A stretch of DNA of 64,000 bases from Trichormus sp. ATA11-4-KO1 (GCA_019358915.1 JAHHIM010000022.1:12783-76782), one strand, 5' to 3'; counted from the stretch's first letter, positions 12,026 to 22,486 are shown. The notes: generated by a model not told the origin, from the sequence alone. Program-made: numbers and translations.

Positions 12026-12978
12026 AATTTAATTTTTTTTTCGTGAACTACTACTCTGATCAGGGAGATAGCTCTCAACCACCCAAAGGGCAAGATGCAA
12101 TGAAATATAGCATGAAAAGGCAACTTTGATTGGCACAAGCCATTGCTCATTTTGCCTCTAAGTGTTGACTTTTTTGAGGCATTTACACTAGATAGGACTA
12201 ATCAAGAAAAATTTTTCTAATTGGTTCTAAATTCTCTGGCGTATTTACCTCCCAGTAATGTTTTTAGCCATATATTTCACTATCACAGCTAATGCCATGA
12301 TCAGAATAGGTTTAGCTACAAACAATTATGATTGAGGGAAAAGTTATATAAGCAACTACAATCAGTTTTACTTGATGTGAAACATCTGTCAACCTCTGTC
12401 AGTACCTTGTGATCACCCTCATGTTCATACATTTGAGCTTTTTAGACAATTACTGGCAAAAATTTTTATTGTGCAACTTACCTAATCATTCTGGAGATAG
12501 ATTCTGGCTTTGAAGATGAAGAGCATTGCCAGACCCCAAATTAAAATTCGAGAAATAGATAAAATTTGCTGCCAAAGAAAATTATACCTTATAGACTTGA
12601 ACAATAGAGGTACAGAGCAATATATGTGGTTGACACATCGTTTATAGGTGATGATGACAGGACTTTTAAAATCAACAACTAAATCATTAGGATGACTAGT
12701 AAAGCTCTAGATGATTCCTGACAGCAAACCTTGTTACAGAATACCCCATTCTGTTAAAATCTAATATACCACTAGGATTAAATACTTACCAGCAGTAAAT
12801 TAAGGTTCGGTCAGACAAGTGACGACTATTACTTAGTTGTCTACTCGTCCAAATATTTCTTAGCCCTGCTGGGTAGCAAGAACGCAGGATAAACCAATGG
12901 GGTAAACTCCTGGCTTCAAAATCTGCTGTGTGAAAAAATATTGATTGACACATTTGATTTAGTATTTAGAGGAGATTT

Positions 12979-13983
12979 ATGACAAGTAAGCCGGAACGCG
13001 TGGTATTGATTGGAGTAGCCGGAGACTCCGGGTGCGGTAAATCTACGTTTTTGCGTCGTTTAATAGATTTATTTGGTGAAGAGTTCATGACAGTCATCTG
13101 TTTAGATGACTATCATTCCCTAGATCGCAAACAGCGTAAAGAGACTGGAATCACTGCACTTGACCCCAGGGCAAACAATTTTGACCTGATGTATGAGCAA
13201 ATTAAAGCGCTCAAGGAAGGTCAAGCAATTGATAAGCCGATTTACAACCACGAAACCGGCATGATTGATCCGCCAGAGCGCGTGGAGCCAAATCACATTG
13301 TCGTAGTTGAAGGACTGCATCCTTTATATGATGAGCGTGTGCGATCGCTGCTTGATTTCAGTGTCTATTTCGACATCAGCGATGAAGTTAAAATTGCCTG
13401 GAAAATCCAGCGAGACATGGCAGAAAGAGGTCATCGCTATGAAGATGTCTTAGCTCAAATCAATTCTCGTAAACCTGATTTTGAAAAGTTCATTGAACCA
13501 CAAAGAGAATTTGCTGATGTAGTTCTCCAGGTATTGCCCACAAACTTAATCAAAAACGATACAGAGCGCAAAGTCCTGCGGGTACGTATGCTGCAACGTG
13601 AAGGTAAGGAAGGCTATGAACCAACTTACCTATTTGATGAAGGCTCGACAATTCACTGGACTCCTTGCGGGCGCAAATTAACCTGTTCTTACCCTGGTAT
13701 GCAACTGTACTATGGTTCAGATGTCTACTACGGTCGCTACGTCTCAGTATTAGAGGTAGACGGTCAATTTGATAACCTGGAAGAAATTATTTACATCGAA
13801 ACTCATCTCAGTAAAACATCCACCAAATACGATGGTGAAATGACTCACTTGTTACTTCAACACCGTGAGTATCCAGGTTCCAACAATGGGACTGGTTTGT
13901 TCCAAGTGCTGACAGGTTTGAAAATGCGCGCTACTTACGAGCGGTTGACAGCAAAGGAAGCAAAATTAGCAGTTCAAGTTTAA
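12979..13983 (+). CDS. prk: Phosphoribulokinase
   Basis: GVAGDSGCGKST, CLDDYHSLDR, WKIQRDMAERGH. Confidence 0.98.
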   Translation: MTSKPERVVLIGVAGDSGCGKSTFLRRLIDLFGEEFMTVICLDDYHSLDRKQRKETGITALDPRANNFDLMYEQIKALKEGQAIDKPIYNHETGMIDPPERVEPNHIVVVEGLHPLYDERVRSLLDFSVYFDISDEVKIAWKIQRDMAERGHRYEDVLAQINSRKPDFEKFIEPQREFADVVLQVLPTNLIKNDTERKVLRVRMLQREGKEGYEPTYLFDEGSTIHWTPCGRKLTCSYPGMQLYYGSDVYYGRYVSVLEVDGQFDNLEEIIYIETHLSKTSTKYDGEMTHLLLQHREYPGSNNGTGLFQVLTGLKMRATYERLTAKEAKLAVQV

Positions 13984-14010
13984 GCAAACAGTGTTTGTGT
14001 CAAAGCTTTT

Positions 14011-14039
14011 GGGGGTGCTTCTGGGTGTCCCCCTTTTTT
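14011..14039 (+). terminator. Intrinsic terminator after prk
   Basis: GGGGGTGCT-TCTG-GGTGTCCCCC followed by TTTTTT. Confidence 0.7.
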
Positions 14040-14230
14040 ATACCAAAAATCATCATGCAACTCATTAAATCTTATTATTTTAACTGATTACTTAATTTCC
14101 ATAAATGACTTTTTAAGAAATACTCACTACTGAGCATGTAAATATTGTTATGATTTCAGAAATTAGTAGCTGAACTAAATAAATATCCAAAATTTAGCCA
14201 GCGACAATACTTCAAAAGGAGGAAACCTCT

Positions 14231-15493
14231 TTGTCTCGTCGCTATTTATTTACCTCCGAATCAGTTACCGAAGGTCATCCAGATAAAATTTGCGATCAGA
14301 TTTCTGATACTATTCTTGATGCCTTACTGACAGAAGATCCCAGCAGTCGTGTGGCGGCTGAAGTAGTAGTTAATACTGGTTTGGTGCTAATTACTGGTGA
14401 AATTACCAGTAAAGCTAATGTAAACTACGTCAACCTTGCGCGCAAAAAAATAGCGGAAATTGGCTATTTAGATGCTGTTAATGGATTTTCTGCGAGCAGT
14501 ACCAGTGTTATCGTAGCTTTAGATGAACAATCACCCGATATCGCCCAAGGTGTTAACACCGCTCAAGAAACACGTCAGCAGAATAGTGATGAATTATTCG
14601 ACGCAATTGGCGCGGGTGATCAAGGTATAATGTTTGGCTTTGCTTGTAACGAAACACCAGAATTGATGCCTTTACCCATCAGTCTCGCCCACCGTATTGC
14701 TCGCAGACTGGCAGTAGTCCGCAAAACAGGCAAGTTGTCATACTTACGCCCCGATGGCAAAACTCAAGTAACTGTTGCCTACGAAGACGGGTATCCGGTA
14801 GGTATTGATACGATTCTGATTTCTACTCAACACACAGAGAGTATTGGGGAAATCACTGATGAAGCTGCGGTACAGGCTAAAATTAAACAAGACCTTTGGT
14901 CAATGGTAGTCGAACCTGTATTTGGCGACATAGATATTAAACCGAGTCAAGAGACACGTTTTTTAGTTAACCCCACTGGCAAATTCGTCATTGGTGGACC
15001 CCAAGGAGACTCGGGATTGACAGGACGGAAAATTATTGTTGATACCTACGGTGGTTATTCACGGCATGGCGGCGGCGCTTTTTCCGGTAAAGATCCCACT
15101 AAGGTAGACCGTTCTGCCGCTTATGCTGCTCGCTATGTAGCCAAAAATATTGTCGCTGCGGGGTTAGCCCAAAAGTGTGAAGTTCAGCTAAGTTATGCCA
15201 TTGGTGTAGCGCGTCCAGTGAGCATTTTCCTCGATACCTTTGGTACTGGCAAAGTAGATGATGAAACTTTACTGGAAGTAGTCAAACAGAACTTTGAACT
15301 ACGTCCAGCAGGGATTATCCATGTTTTCAATTTAAGCAACCTACCAAGTGAAAGAGGCGGACGTTTTTATCAGGACGTCGCGGCTTACGGTCATTTGGGG
15401 CGCAATGATTTAGATTTGCCCTGGGAACACACCGATAAGGCTGAATTGTTGAAAGAATTAGTCAATCAGTCGCTGGCGGCAGCGATCGCTTAG
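14231..15493 (+). CDS. metK: S-adenosylmethionine synthetase
   Basis: [31 protein letters not shown] start with AGGAGG RBS. Confidence 0.98.
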   Translation: MSRRYLFTSESVTEGHPDKICDQISDTILDALLTEDPSSRVAAEVVVNTGLVLITGEITSKANVNYVNLARKKIAEIGYLDAVNGFSASSTSVIVALDEQSPDIAQGVNTAQETRQQNSDELFDAIGAGDQGIMFGFACNETPELMPLPISLAHRIARRLAVVRKTGKLSYLRPDGKTQVTVAYEDGYPVGIDTILISTQHTESIGEITDEAAVQAKIKQDLWSMVVEPVFGDIDIKPSQETRFLVNPTGKFVIGGPQGDSGLTGRKIIVDTYGGYSRHGGGAFSGKDPTKVDRSAAYAARYVAKNIVAAGLAQKCEVQLSYAIGVARPVSIFLDTFGTGKVDDETLLEVVKQNFELRPAGIIHVFNLSNLPSERGGRFYQDVAAYGHLGRNDLDLPWEHTDKAELLKELVNQSLAAAIA

Positions 15494-16239
15494 ATACTAA
15501 ATTAAACCTCAGCCGATCAGGAACTGGGTAAAATTATTTCTCACACCCCATATCCAGTTCCACTGAATTGAAATATTCAGCAAAGAAGCTGCGATAGAAA
15601 GCTCCCTCTGCTTTTATGGTGTCAAAATAAATACTAGGCAGAGGGTTTTCATCAAAAGTTACTTAAATATCACCGTAAATATAAGTTTTGCTCTTTGATT
15701 TATTCAGCCTATGGGTTAATTTCCAGAGAAGTCTATTCAAAAATCCGCTAACTGCCCAACATCAGGCGAATACTCAAAGGAAAATTATTTGAGCATCAGA
15801 CCAATTGATGATAAAATCCCTATTGACCTAGGACGTATGTCAAAATATAGTGGCTTTCATGTTTCTAGCCCCAAGAAACTCAAAGATGTTATTATGTGAA
15901 CCCTATGTGTAGATTCCTAAGACTAAGATTAGGATAGGTTAACATACAGCCAATGGTTAAAACATCACCATAATTAACTGGGCATAAGAATAGTGGTGAA
16001 AAAGACAAGCTTTTAAAAGACATTTGCTACTCAGGGTTTTGTGGCTTCTACTGTGCATCTGTGTAAACATTCATATCCAAAGTAACTAAATATTAAAGTA
16101 CTCATGAAAATCATCTAGTCAGCAATTTTTTGAGTTTTTTATCAAAGAAGATAACGCTAAATGTTAATCATCAATCAATTTGATCGTACCAACAAGACTG
16201 ATGCGATCATATTTGCGGGAGGGTAAGGAGGTTTGAGGA

Positions 16240-17964
16240 ATGCAAACTCAAAAGCCAGTCCCTGTTGAAAGCAGTCCAGACAGCAAAAAAGTGCCAACAG
16301 AAGAGCCTTCAATAGACGAACTCCCGACCATAGAATTTCCCTCACGAGGGAAACTCAAAGCCAGTTCCTGGCGCATACATCAAAAAATTGGCTATGGATA
16401 TTTTGTGGCCATCGGGATTGGCTTTTTTGGCTCGCTTACTGGGTTAGTAATCGCCAATTACTACCGAGGCAGAGAAATCAGGCAATTTAATCAAGCCCAG
16501 GAACAAAGACAACTACTCACAAATTATAAAGATGCGGTATTGGGAGCGCAATTGCATAGCTCCAATTTAGTTGCAGTCTTGGAAAATTCACAACGACTGC
16601 CAAATAAAAAAGTTAAATTTCTCCAGAGTGTGAACACAGCTAAAAATTTGGAGAAAGAAATTACCAAATATATAGACAGGAATCCTAGCCGATTAGCGGC
16701 AACAAGTGCTAATTTACAAGCTTTATTGCAAGATTATGGATTTAGTTTAAAATCATACGTTGACCAAATAGAAGCTGTTTTACAAGAAATCGACTCTCAG
16801 CAAGTGCAGCCAGAAAAGGTTGACATCGCTAGGGAGCAGTTACTTAAAATTATGCGTGGTGAAACAGCCATGCAACTAGACCAACTCTCGCAAAAATTGA
16901 CAAATATCCTGCAAACTGCCGAACGTCAAGAAGAAGCAAGGCAACAAGATGTAGAACAGGCCAAAGGAGTTGAAAGATTTATTGTCATGATGAGTATGCT
17001 GGTGTCAGTAGCCATCGCCGCCATTGTCGCATGGCGAACCAGTCGCGCGATCGCTGAACCAGTAATTACTGTCACCCAAGTTGCTGAACAAGTCGCAAGA
17101 AAATCTAATTTTGATTTGCGCGCTCCTGTCACTACTGAAGATGAAATTGGCTTATTAGCAAAATCGCTTAATCGTCTGATTGAGCGGGTATCGGAGCGGA
17201 CTAAAGAACTAGAACAAGCCAAAGAACTAGCAGAAGCAGCTAGCAAAGCAAAAAGTGTATTTCTGGCAAATGTCAGCCACGAGTTACGCACACCATTAAA
17301 TGCGGTTATCGGCTTGAGTCAACTGCTACAAGACGACGCTACCGATTTAGATTTGTCGGGAGACTTCATCACTGACTTAGAAACCATCAACTCTGCTGGT
17401 AGACATCTACTGGAGTTGATTAACGACATCCTCGACTTATCAAAAATTGAAGCGGGGAAAATGACTCTCTATCCAGAAACATTTGCGATCGCCACACTAA
17501 TTAATAATGTAGTTTTAACGGTCAAATCTGCTATAGACAAAAATGGCAACGTTCTAGAAGTTCATTGCGAAGAACAACTTGGTACAATGTATGCAGATCA
17601 AACTAGGATGCGGCAAGTGTTATTAAATTTACTCAGCAACGCCGCCAAGTTTACCACCAATGGCAAGATTAGCTTAACAGTGAAGAGTGAAAAGACAGAC
17701 CTACTACCAAATGCGCCTTTGGGTGTAATTAGCTTCACCGTGGCTGACACAGGTATTGGTATGTCTATTAGCCAACAGCAACAGCTATTTAAACCCTTTA
17801 CACAAGGTGATACATCAACCACAAAACGATATGGTGGTACTGGGTTGGGGTTAGCAATTAGCCGCCACTTTTGCCAGATGATGGGTGGTGAAATTATGGT
17901 TAAAAGTCAGCTTGGAGTTGGGTCTACTTTTACTGTTCACTTGCCATTGACTGTGCAAGAGTGA
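16240..17964 (+). CDS. Membrane sensor histidine kinase (2 TM, HAMP, HisKA, HATPase)
   Basis: [14 protein letters not shown]-box, [22 protein letters not shown]; no receiver domain. Confidence 0.95.
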   Translation: MQTQKPVPVESSPDSKKVPTEEPSIDELPTIEFPSRGKLKASSWRIHQKIGYGYFVAIGIGFFGSLTGLVIANYYRGREIRQFNQAQEQRQLLTNYKDAVLGAQLHSSNLVAVLENSQRLPNKKVKFLQSVNTAKNLEKEITKYIDRNPSRLAATSANLQALLQDYGFSLKSYVDQIEAVLQEIDSQQVQPEKVDIAREQLLKIMRGETAMQLDQLSQKLTNILQTAERQEEARQQDVEQAKGVERFIVMMSMLVSVAIAAIVAWRTSRAIAEPVITVTQVAEQVARKSNFDLRAPVTTEDEIGLLAKSLNRLIERVSERTKELEQAKELAEAASKAKSVFLANVSHELRTPLNAVIGLSQLLQDDATDLDLSGDFITDLETINSAGRHLLELINDILDLSKIEAGKMTLYPETFAIATLINNVVLTVKSAIDKNGNVLEVHCEEQLGTMYADQTRMRQVLLNLLSNAAKFTTNGKISLTVKSEKTDLLPNAPLGVISFTVADTGIGMSISQQQQLFKPFTQGDTSTTKRYGGTGLGLAISRHFCQMMGGEIMVKSQLGVGSTFTVHLPLTVQE

Positions 17965-18093
17965 TGGGGAAACGGGGAGAAAATTTAATTCTTAATGCCC
18001 AATACCTAGTCGTTTTTAATTAATCTAGAATTGTATTCGTTAATTGCGATACTCTCAAAGGAGCGATTATTTGCTCAGTCGCCTTGACTATCC

Positions 18094-20415
18094 ATGACAA
18101 CCACCATTGATTTCCTCAGTCACCTTAACCCCAGCCAGCGTCAAGCCGTTGAACATTACTGCGGCCCTTTGTTAGTTGTTGCTGGCGCAGGTTCCGGTAA
18201 AACGCGAGCGCTGACTTATCGCATTGCGAATTTAATTCTCACACACCGTGTTGATCCAGAAAATATCCTAGCGGTGACCTTCACCAACAAAGCCGCGCGG
18301 GAGATGAAGGAACGGATTCAAAAATTATTTGCGGAACAATTGGCCATGAAAGAACATGGTCAACGGTTTGATTTACTGACAGAATACCAACAAACGCAAT
18401 TGAGATCGCAAGTCTACAAAAACACTATCAAAGACTTGTGGTGTGGCACTTTTCACAGTTTATTTTCGCGGATTCTCCGGTTTGATATTGAAAAATATCA
18501 AGATGAAAAAGGACGGCGGTGGAATCGCAATTTTTCTATTTTTGATGAATCGGATGTCCAAAGTTTAATTAAAGATATCGTCACCAAACAGTTAAATTTA
18601 GACGATAAAAAATTTGATGCCCGTTCTGTGCGCTACGCTATCAGTAACGCTAAAAACCAAGGATTCTCGCCCCAAGACTTCGAGCGAGAACAACCCAATT
18701 ATCGGGGAAGAGTAATAGCTAATGTTTATGACGTATATCAAGCTAGGTTAGCCGAAAATAATGCCCTCGACTTTGATGATTTGATTCTGGTTCCTACAAG
18801 ATTATTTCAGCAAAACGAGCAGGTTTTAGGTTACTGGCATCGCAAATTTGGGCATATTCTTGTAGATGAATATCAAGATACCAACCGTACTCAATATGAT
18901 TTAATTCGCTTGTTAGTAACCAATGGCGAAGATAGAAAGAGTGAATGGGAATGGCGCAATCGTTCAGTTTTTGTTGTGGGTGATGCTGACCAGTCTATTT
19001 ACAGTTTTAGGATGGCAGACTTTACTATTTTGCTGGAATTTCAGCAAGACTTTGGCGATGGTTTGCCAGATGCAGACACCCGTACAATGGTGAAGCTAGA
19101 GGAAAATTATCGCTCTTGTGAAAATATTTTGCAAGCAGCTAATGAATTAATTGAAAATAACACCCAACGGATTGATAAAATCCTTAAACCCACACGGGGT
19201 GAGGGTGAACAGATTTATTGTCACAAAGCAGATGATGAATTAGACGAAGCCGATTTTGTGATTCGGCAAATTAAGACTTTGGAACACCAAAACCCAGAGT
19301 TAGATTGGGGTAGTTTTGCCATACTTTATCGTACCAACGCCCAATCACGCCCTTTTGAAGAACTGTTGGTGAGGAATCAAATTCCTTATACAGTTGTAGG
19401 CGGAATGAAATTTTATGATCGCAAAGAAATTAAAGATGTCATAGCTTATTTAAGAGCGATCGCTAATCCCTCAGATACAGTCAGTATATTACGAGTTATT
19501 AATACTCCTCGGCGAGGAATAGGTAAAGCTACCATCGACAATTTGGTGAATGCTTCCCAGCAATTAAGCACAACGCTGTGGGAAATTATTAGCGATGAGA
19601 CATCAGTAAATACATTAGCTGGACGTTCCGCAAAAGCTGTGAATAACTTTGCAGCCATGATTCGCAATTGCCAAGAACAAATTGCTACAGTTTCAGTTTC
19701 CGAGTTACTGATGGGACTTTTAGACGAATCTGGTTACATTCAAGACTTGCAAAATCAAGGTACAGATGAAGCCGAAGACCGCATCCAAAACGTCCAGGAA
19801 CTTTACAACGCCACACTACAATTTCAAGAAGAGAACGAAGATGTCTCCCTTCCCGCCTTTTTGCAAAGTACCGCCCTTAGTTCTGATTTAGATAACTTAA
19901 AAGAAGGACAAACAGCTGTATCTTTAATGACATTGCACTCTTCTAAAGGGTTAGAATTTCCCGTAGTGTTTTTGGTGGGGTTAGAACAGGGACTATTTCC
20001 CAATTACCGTTCTATGAATGACCCAGCATCCTTGGAAGAAGAACGCCGTTTGTGTTACGTCGGTATTACTCGCGCCCAAGAAAGATTGTATTTATCTTTC
20101 GCCCGTGAACGTCGTTTATATGGTTCTCGTGAACCCGCCATGCGATCGCAATTTCTCGACGAACTACCTGAAGAATTATTAAACACTCGAAAAGTCCGTC
20201 ATCCACAGACCAAAACTGCGGCTAAAGCTGGCGGTAAGCCCTATACACCCCAAAACTGGCAAGTAGGCGATCGCGTCTTACATAAAGCTTTTGGTATCGG
20301 TGAAATTACGCACGTCTTTGGTGAAGGTAATAAAGTATCTGTAGCAATTAAATTTGCTAGTTTGGGGCAAAAAATTGTTGACCCCAGAGTAGCGCAGTTA
20401 CAAAGAGTGGAGTAA
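18094..20415 (+). CDS. pcrA: ATP-dependent DNA helicase PcrA/UvrD
   Basis: AGAGSGKT, VDEYQDTN, VGDADQSIY, ENYRS, EERRLCYVGITRA. Confidence 0.96.
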   Translation: MTTTIDFLSHLNPSQRQAVEHYCGPLLVVAGAGSGKTRALTYRIANLILTHRVDPENILAVTFTNKAAREMKERIQKLFAEQLAMKEHGQRFDLLTEYQQTQLRSQVYKNTIKDLWCGTFHSLFSRILRFDIEKYQDEKGRRWNRNFSIFDESDVQSLIKDIVTKQLNLDDKKFDARSVRYAISNAKNQGFSPQDFEREQPNYRGRVIANVYDVYQARLAENNALDFDDLILVPTRLFQQNEQVLGYWHRKFGHILVDEYQDTNRTQYDLIRLLVTNGEDRKSEWEWRNRSVFVVGDADQSIYSFRMADFTILLEFQQDFGDGLPDADTRTMVKLEENYRSCENILQAANELIENNTQRIDKILKPTRGEGEQIYCHKADDELDEADFVIRQIKTLEHQNPELDWGSFAILYRTNAQSRPFEELLVRNQIPYTVVGGMKFYDRKEIKDVIAYLRAIANPSDTVSILRVINTPRRGIGKATIDNLVNASQQLSTTLWEIISDETSVNTLAGRSAKAVNNFAAMIRNCQEQIATVSVSELLMGLLDESGYIQDLQNQGTDEAEDRIQNVQELYNATLQFQEENEDVSLPAFLQSTALSSDLDNLKEGQTAVSLMTLHSSKGLEFPVVFLVGLEQGLFPNYRSMNDPASLEEERRLCYVGITRAQERLYLSFARERRLYGSREPAMRSQFLDELPEELLNTRKVRHPQTKTAAKAGGKPYTPQNWQVGDRVLHKAFGIGEITHVFGEGNKVSVAIKFASLGQKIVDPRVAQLQRVE

Positions 20416-20427
20416 TTGCTAAAAAAC

Positions 20428-20724
20428 TTAAGCTAATTCTACTTCTTCAAAGTGTTCAACAGTGGGAAATGGCTCATAGAAATGATGCAGCAATTTTTTC
20501 CACTCTTGATACTCAGCAGAGCCTCTAAATCCCACAGTATGAGCTTCTAAACTCTCCCATTTGACAAGTAACAAATATTTACTTTGAGCTTCTATGCATC
20601 GATGAAGTTCATGTGATATATATCCGTTAGTTCTTGAGATAATACTAGAAGCTTTTTTAAAAGCAGATTCAAAATCATCTTCCAGTCCAGGTTTGATATT
20701 CAGCATCACTGCCTCTAAAATCAT
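20428..20724 (-). CDS. Antibiotic biosynthesis monooxygenase (ABM) family protein
   Basis: 98 aa; YLLLVKWESLEAH...FRGS pattern. Confidence 0.9.
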   Translation of the reverse strand: MILEAVMLNIKPGLEDDFESAFKKASSIISRTNGYISHELHRCIEAQSKYLLLVKWESLEAHTVGFRGSAEYQEWKKLLHHFYEPFPTVEHFEEVELA

Positions 20725-20859
20725 AAACTTTTTCTTGAGTCCAGTTGATGTGATTTACTATAATGCGATCGCTGCTCTCTTAACTCAACTAAAAATAATT
20801 CTTGAGTAAATAGATAATTACAGTACAAAATGGCGCAGTTCTGGATGAATACATCTGCT

Positions 20860-20890
20860 TTGACAAATTCTGAAGCAGGGGTTTTATAAT
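20860..20890 (+). promoter_or_regulatory. Consensus -35/-10 promoter with 19-bp spacer, upstream of the mini-array
   Basis: TTGACA at 20860-20865 and TATAAT at 20885-20890; CTGCTT-N12-AAGCAG dyad at 20855-20878. Confidence 0.7.
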
Positions 20891-20894
20891 GAAG

Positions 20895-21007
20895 ATTGTC
20901 AAGATATAATCCCTATTAGGGATTGAAACTCCTAAAATTTGTAGAACGACTAACCAATTTCCACTAGGAAATTAACAAATTCAAAAATCCCCACAAGGGA
21001 TTGAAAC
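20895..21007 (+). CRISPR. Orphan CRISPR mini-array: 2 degenerate type I-D-like repeats and one 41-nt spacer
   Basis: R1 20895-20929 ATTGTCAAGATATAATCCCTATTAGGGATTGAAAC; spacer 20930-20970; R2 20971-21007 ATTAACAAATTCAAAAATCCCCACAAGGGATTGAAAC. Both keep the AATCCC/GGGATT stem and the ATTGAAAC end. Confidence 0.85.
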
Positions 21008-21008
21008 T

Positions 21009-21317
21009 ATGCTAAGTGTCACAAAACCAAACTTTGGATTACGGATAAGGAACAGCATCGCCCCCAAAGAAAACGAGCAAATGAGGGCGATCGTTTATAG
21101 TATGGACTTGCTAATCCCTGGTTTATATGTGTGGCTCCCAGGATTTAATATTCGGATTGGCGGAAGTATTCCTGATGATTTACCTTACAAGTATCCTGGT
21201 AAAATTCACAGCCCGGCTGGCATTGCTTTAGTATTACCTGGATACAAGATATTGACTACGTATCAGGGAACCTATGACCCTAGAGAAGCACCAAATACAA
21301 GGAATACCTCAATTTAA
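21009..21317 (+). CDS. Hypothetical protein immediately after the CRISPR repeat (start could be 21009, 21081 or 21102)
   Basis: 102-aa ORF with an internal LPG(F/Y)xI duplication; no family recognised. Confidence 0.6.
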   Translation: MLSVTKPNFGLRIRNSIAPKENEQMRAIVYSMDLLIPGLYVWLPGFNIRIGGSIPDDLPYKYPGKIHSPAGIALVLPGYKILTTYQGTYDPREAPNTRNTSI

Positions 21318-21501
21318 ATGTAAGGTCATAGACTCCAGTCAATTTGAAGAAATGATGCAAAAAGCTGGTTACTTCATAGCGGGAAGTGCTTCAGCACAAG
21401 GTAACAGGATTAAAGTTTGGTGGATGCATCTTGAATATCAAAGAGTTGAATCAATATACAGTCAAGACAAAACAAAAGTTATAACGGCGTATCACGTTTA
21501 G
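21274..21501 (+). CDS. Hypothetical small protein, possible RNase-type toxin
   Basis: 75 aa; helix (SQFEEMMQKAGY) then beta strands, ending VITAYHV; overlaps the upstream ORF by 44 nt. Confidence 0.6.
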   Translation: MTLEKHQIQGIPQFKCKVIDSSQFEEMMQKAGYFIAGSASAQGNRIKVWWMHLEYQRVESIYSQDKTKVITAYHV

Positions 21502-21537
21502 TACTGCTTCAATCTTTTATTTGAATGCAATGTATTT

Positions 21538-21558
21538 GGTGGGCAAATGCCCACCCTA
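21538..21558. repeat. REP-like palindrome GGTGGGCA-AA-TGCCCACC
   Basis: Same family as the 10391 copy; lies between convergent genes. Confidence 0.7.
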
Positions 21559-21571
21559 GTTTTAACTAAAC

Positions 21572-22486
21572 TTAAACAGACTGAAACTTAATTACGCCTT
21601 TGTCGAAAATCTTTTTATCAGTGCCCATTGTGCTGACTTCAATTCTATCGGGATATACTTCATAAGCAGCAAAAGCCAACCTTTCAGCAGCATGTTCTGT
21701 CCACTCAGAACGCCCCACAGGACGAACACCTGCACCACTACCAGTTGTTAAATAAGTTGTGCCTTCAATAGCACGAGTACGCTCATAATTATGGTCATGG
21801 CCATTGATATAAAGTTGCACATTGTACTTTTTAAATAAAGGTACAAAGCGTTTAATTAATGCTTGGCTAACTCCATAGTGTCCCGATGAATAAAACGGGT
21901 CATGTCCAAATACTACTTTCCACGGTGCATCACTGCGGCTTAATTCTTGGTCTAACCAAACTGCTTGTTTCTCCCAATCAGCATTACGGTTAGTATCTAA
22001 AGCAAAAAATTGTACTGCGTCACGGCGAAATGTGTAATAACGTCCCTTCATGTTAAAGCCGGGATATTTGACTTGTGGGTCACCATTCTCAGTGCGAATG
22101 TCATGATTTCCTAAACAAGCGTGAAATTTGACATTCTGAGACAGTAAATTTTCATAGGGACGCTCAAAAACGGCACCTATTTTTTCAATTTCGCCATCGT
22201 TGTAAATATTATCTCCAGCTAAAACTACTAAATCATAGGGATTTCGCTGGTGATGAAAATTCATCGCCTCAGCCACAGCATATTGTCCTTTAGCACCAGT
22301 TCCTGTATCTGCAACAGAAACAAAACGCAATAGCAAGTCATTTTTGGCTGGGGTGGCGGCTATAACTGCTGAATCAGCAACATTAGCAATTTGGCCATTT
22401 TGTCGAGTTAGTGTCCAACCGAGAAGTCCTGTACCAAGAGTACCAAGACTACCTAAAAATAGAAATTGACGGCGTTTCAGGTTCAT
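21572..22486 (-). CDS. Tat-exported calcineurin-like metallophosphoesterase
   Basis: KRRQFL twin-Arg signal; ADTG, GDNIY, GNHD and GHDH motifs. Confidence 0.93.
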   Translation of the reverse strand: MNLKRRQFLFLGSLGTLGTGLLGWTLTRQNGQIANVADSAVIAATPAKNDLLLRFVSVADTGTGAKGQYAVAEAMNFHHQRNPYDLVVLAGDNIYNDGEIEKIGAVFERPYENLLSQNVKFHACLGNHDIRTENGDPQVKYPGFNMKGRYYTFRRDAVQFFALDTNRNADWEKQAVWLDQELSRSDAPWKVVFGHDPFYSSGHYGVSQALIKRFVPLFKKYNVQLYINGHDHNYERTRAIEGTTYLTTGSGAGVRPVGRSEWTEHAAERLAFAAYEVYPDRIEVSTMGTDKKIFDKGVIKFQSV

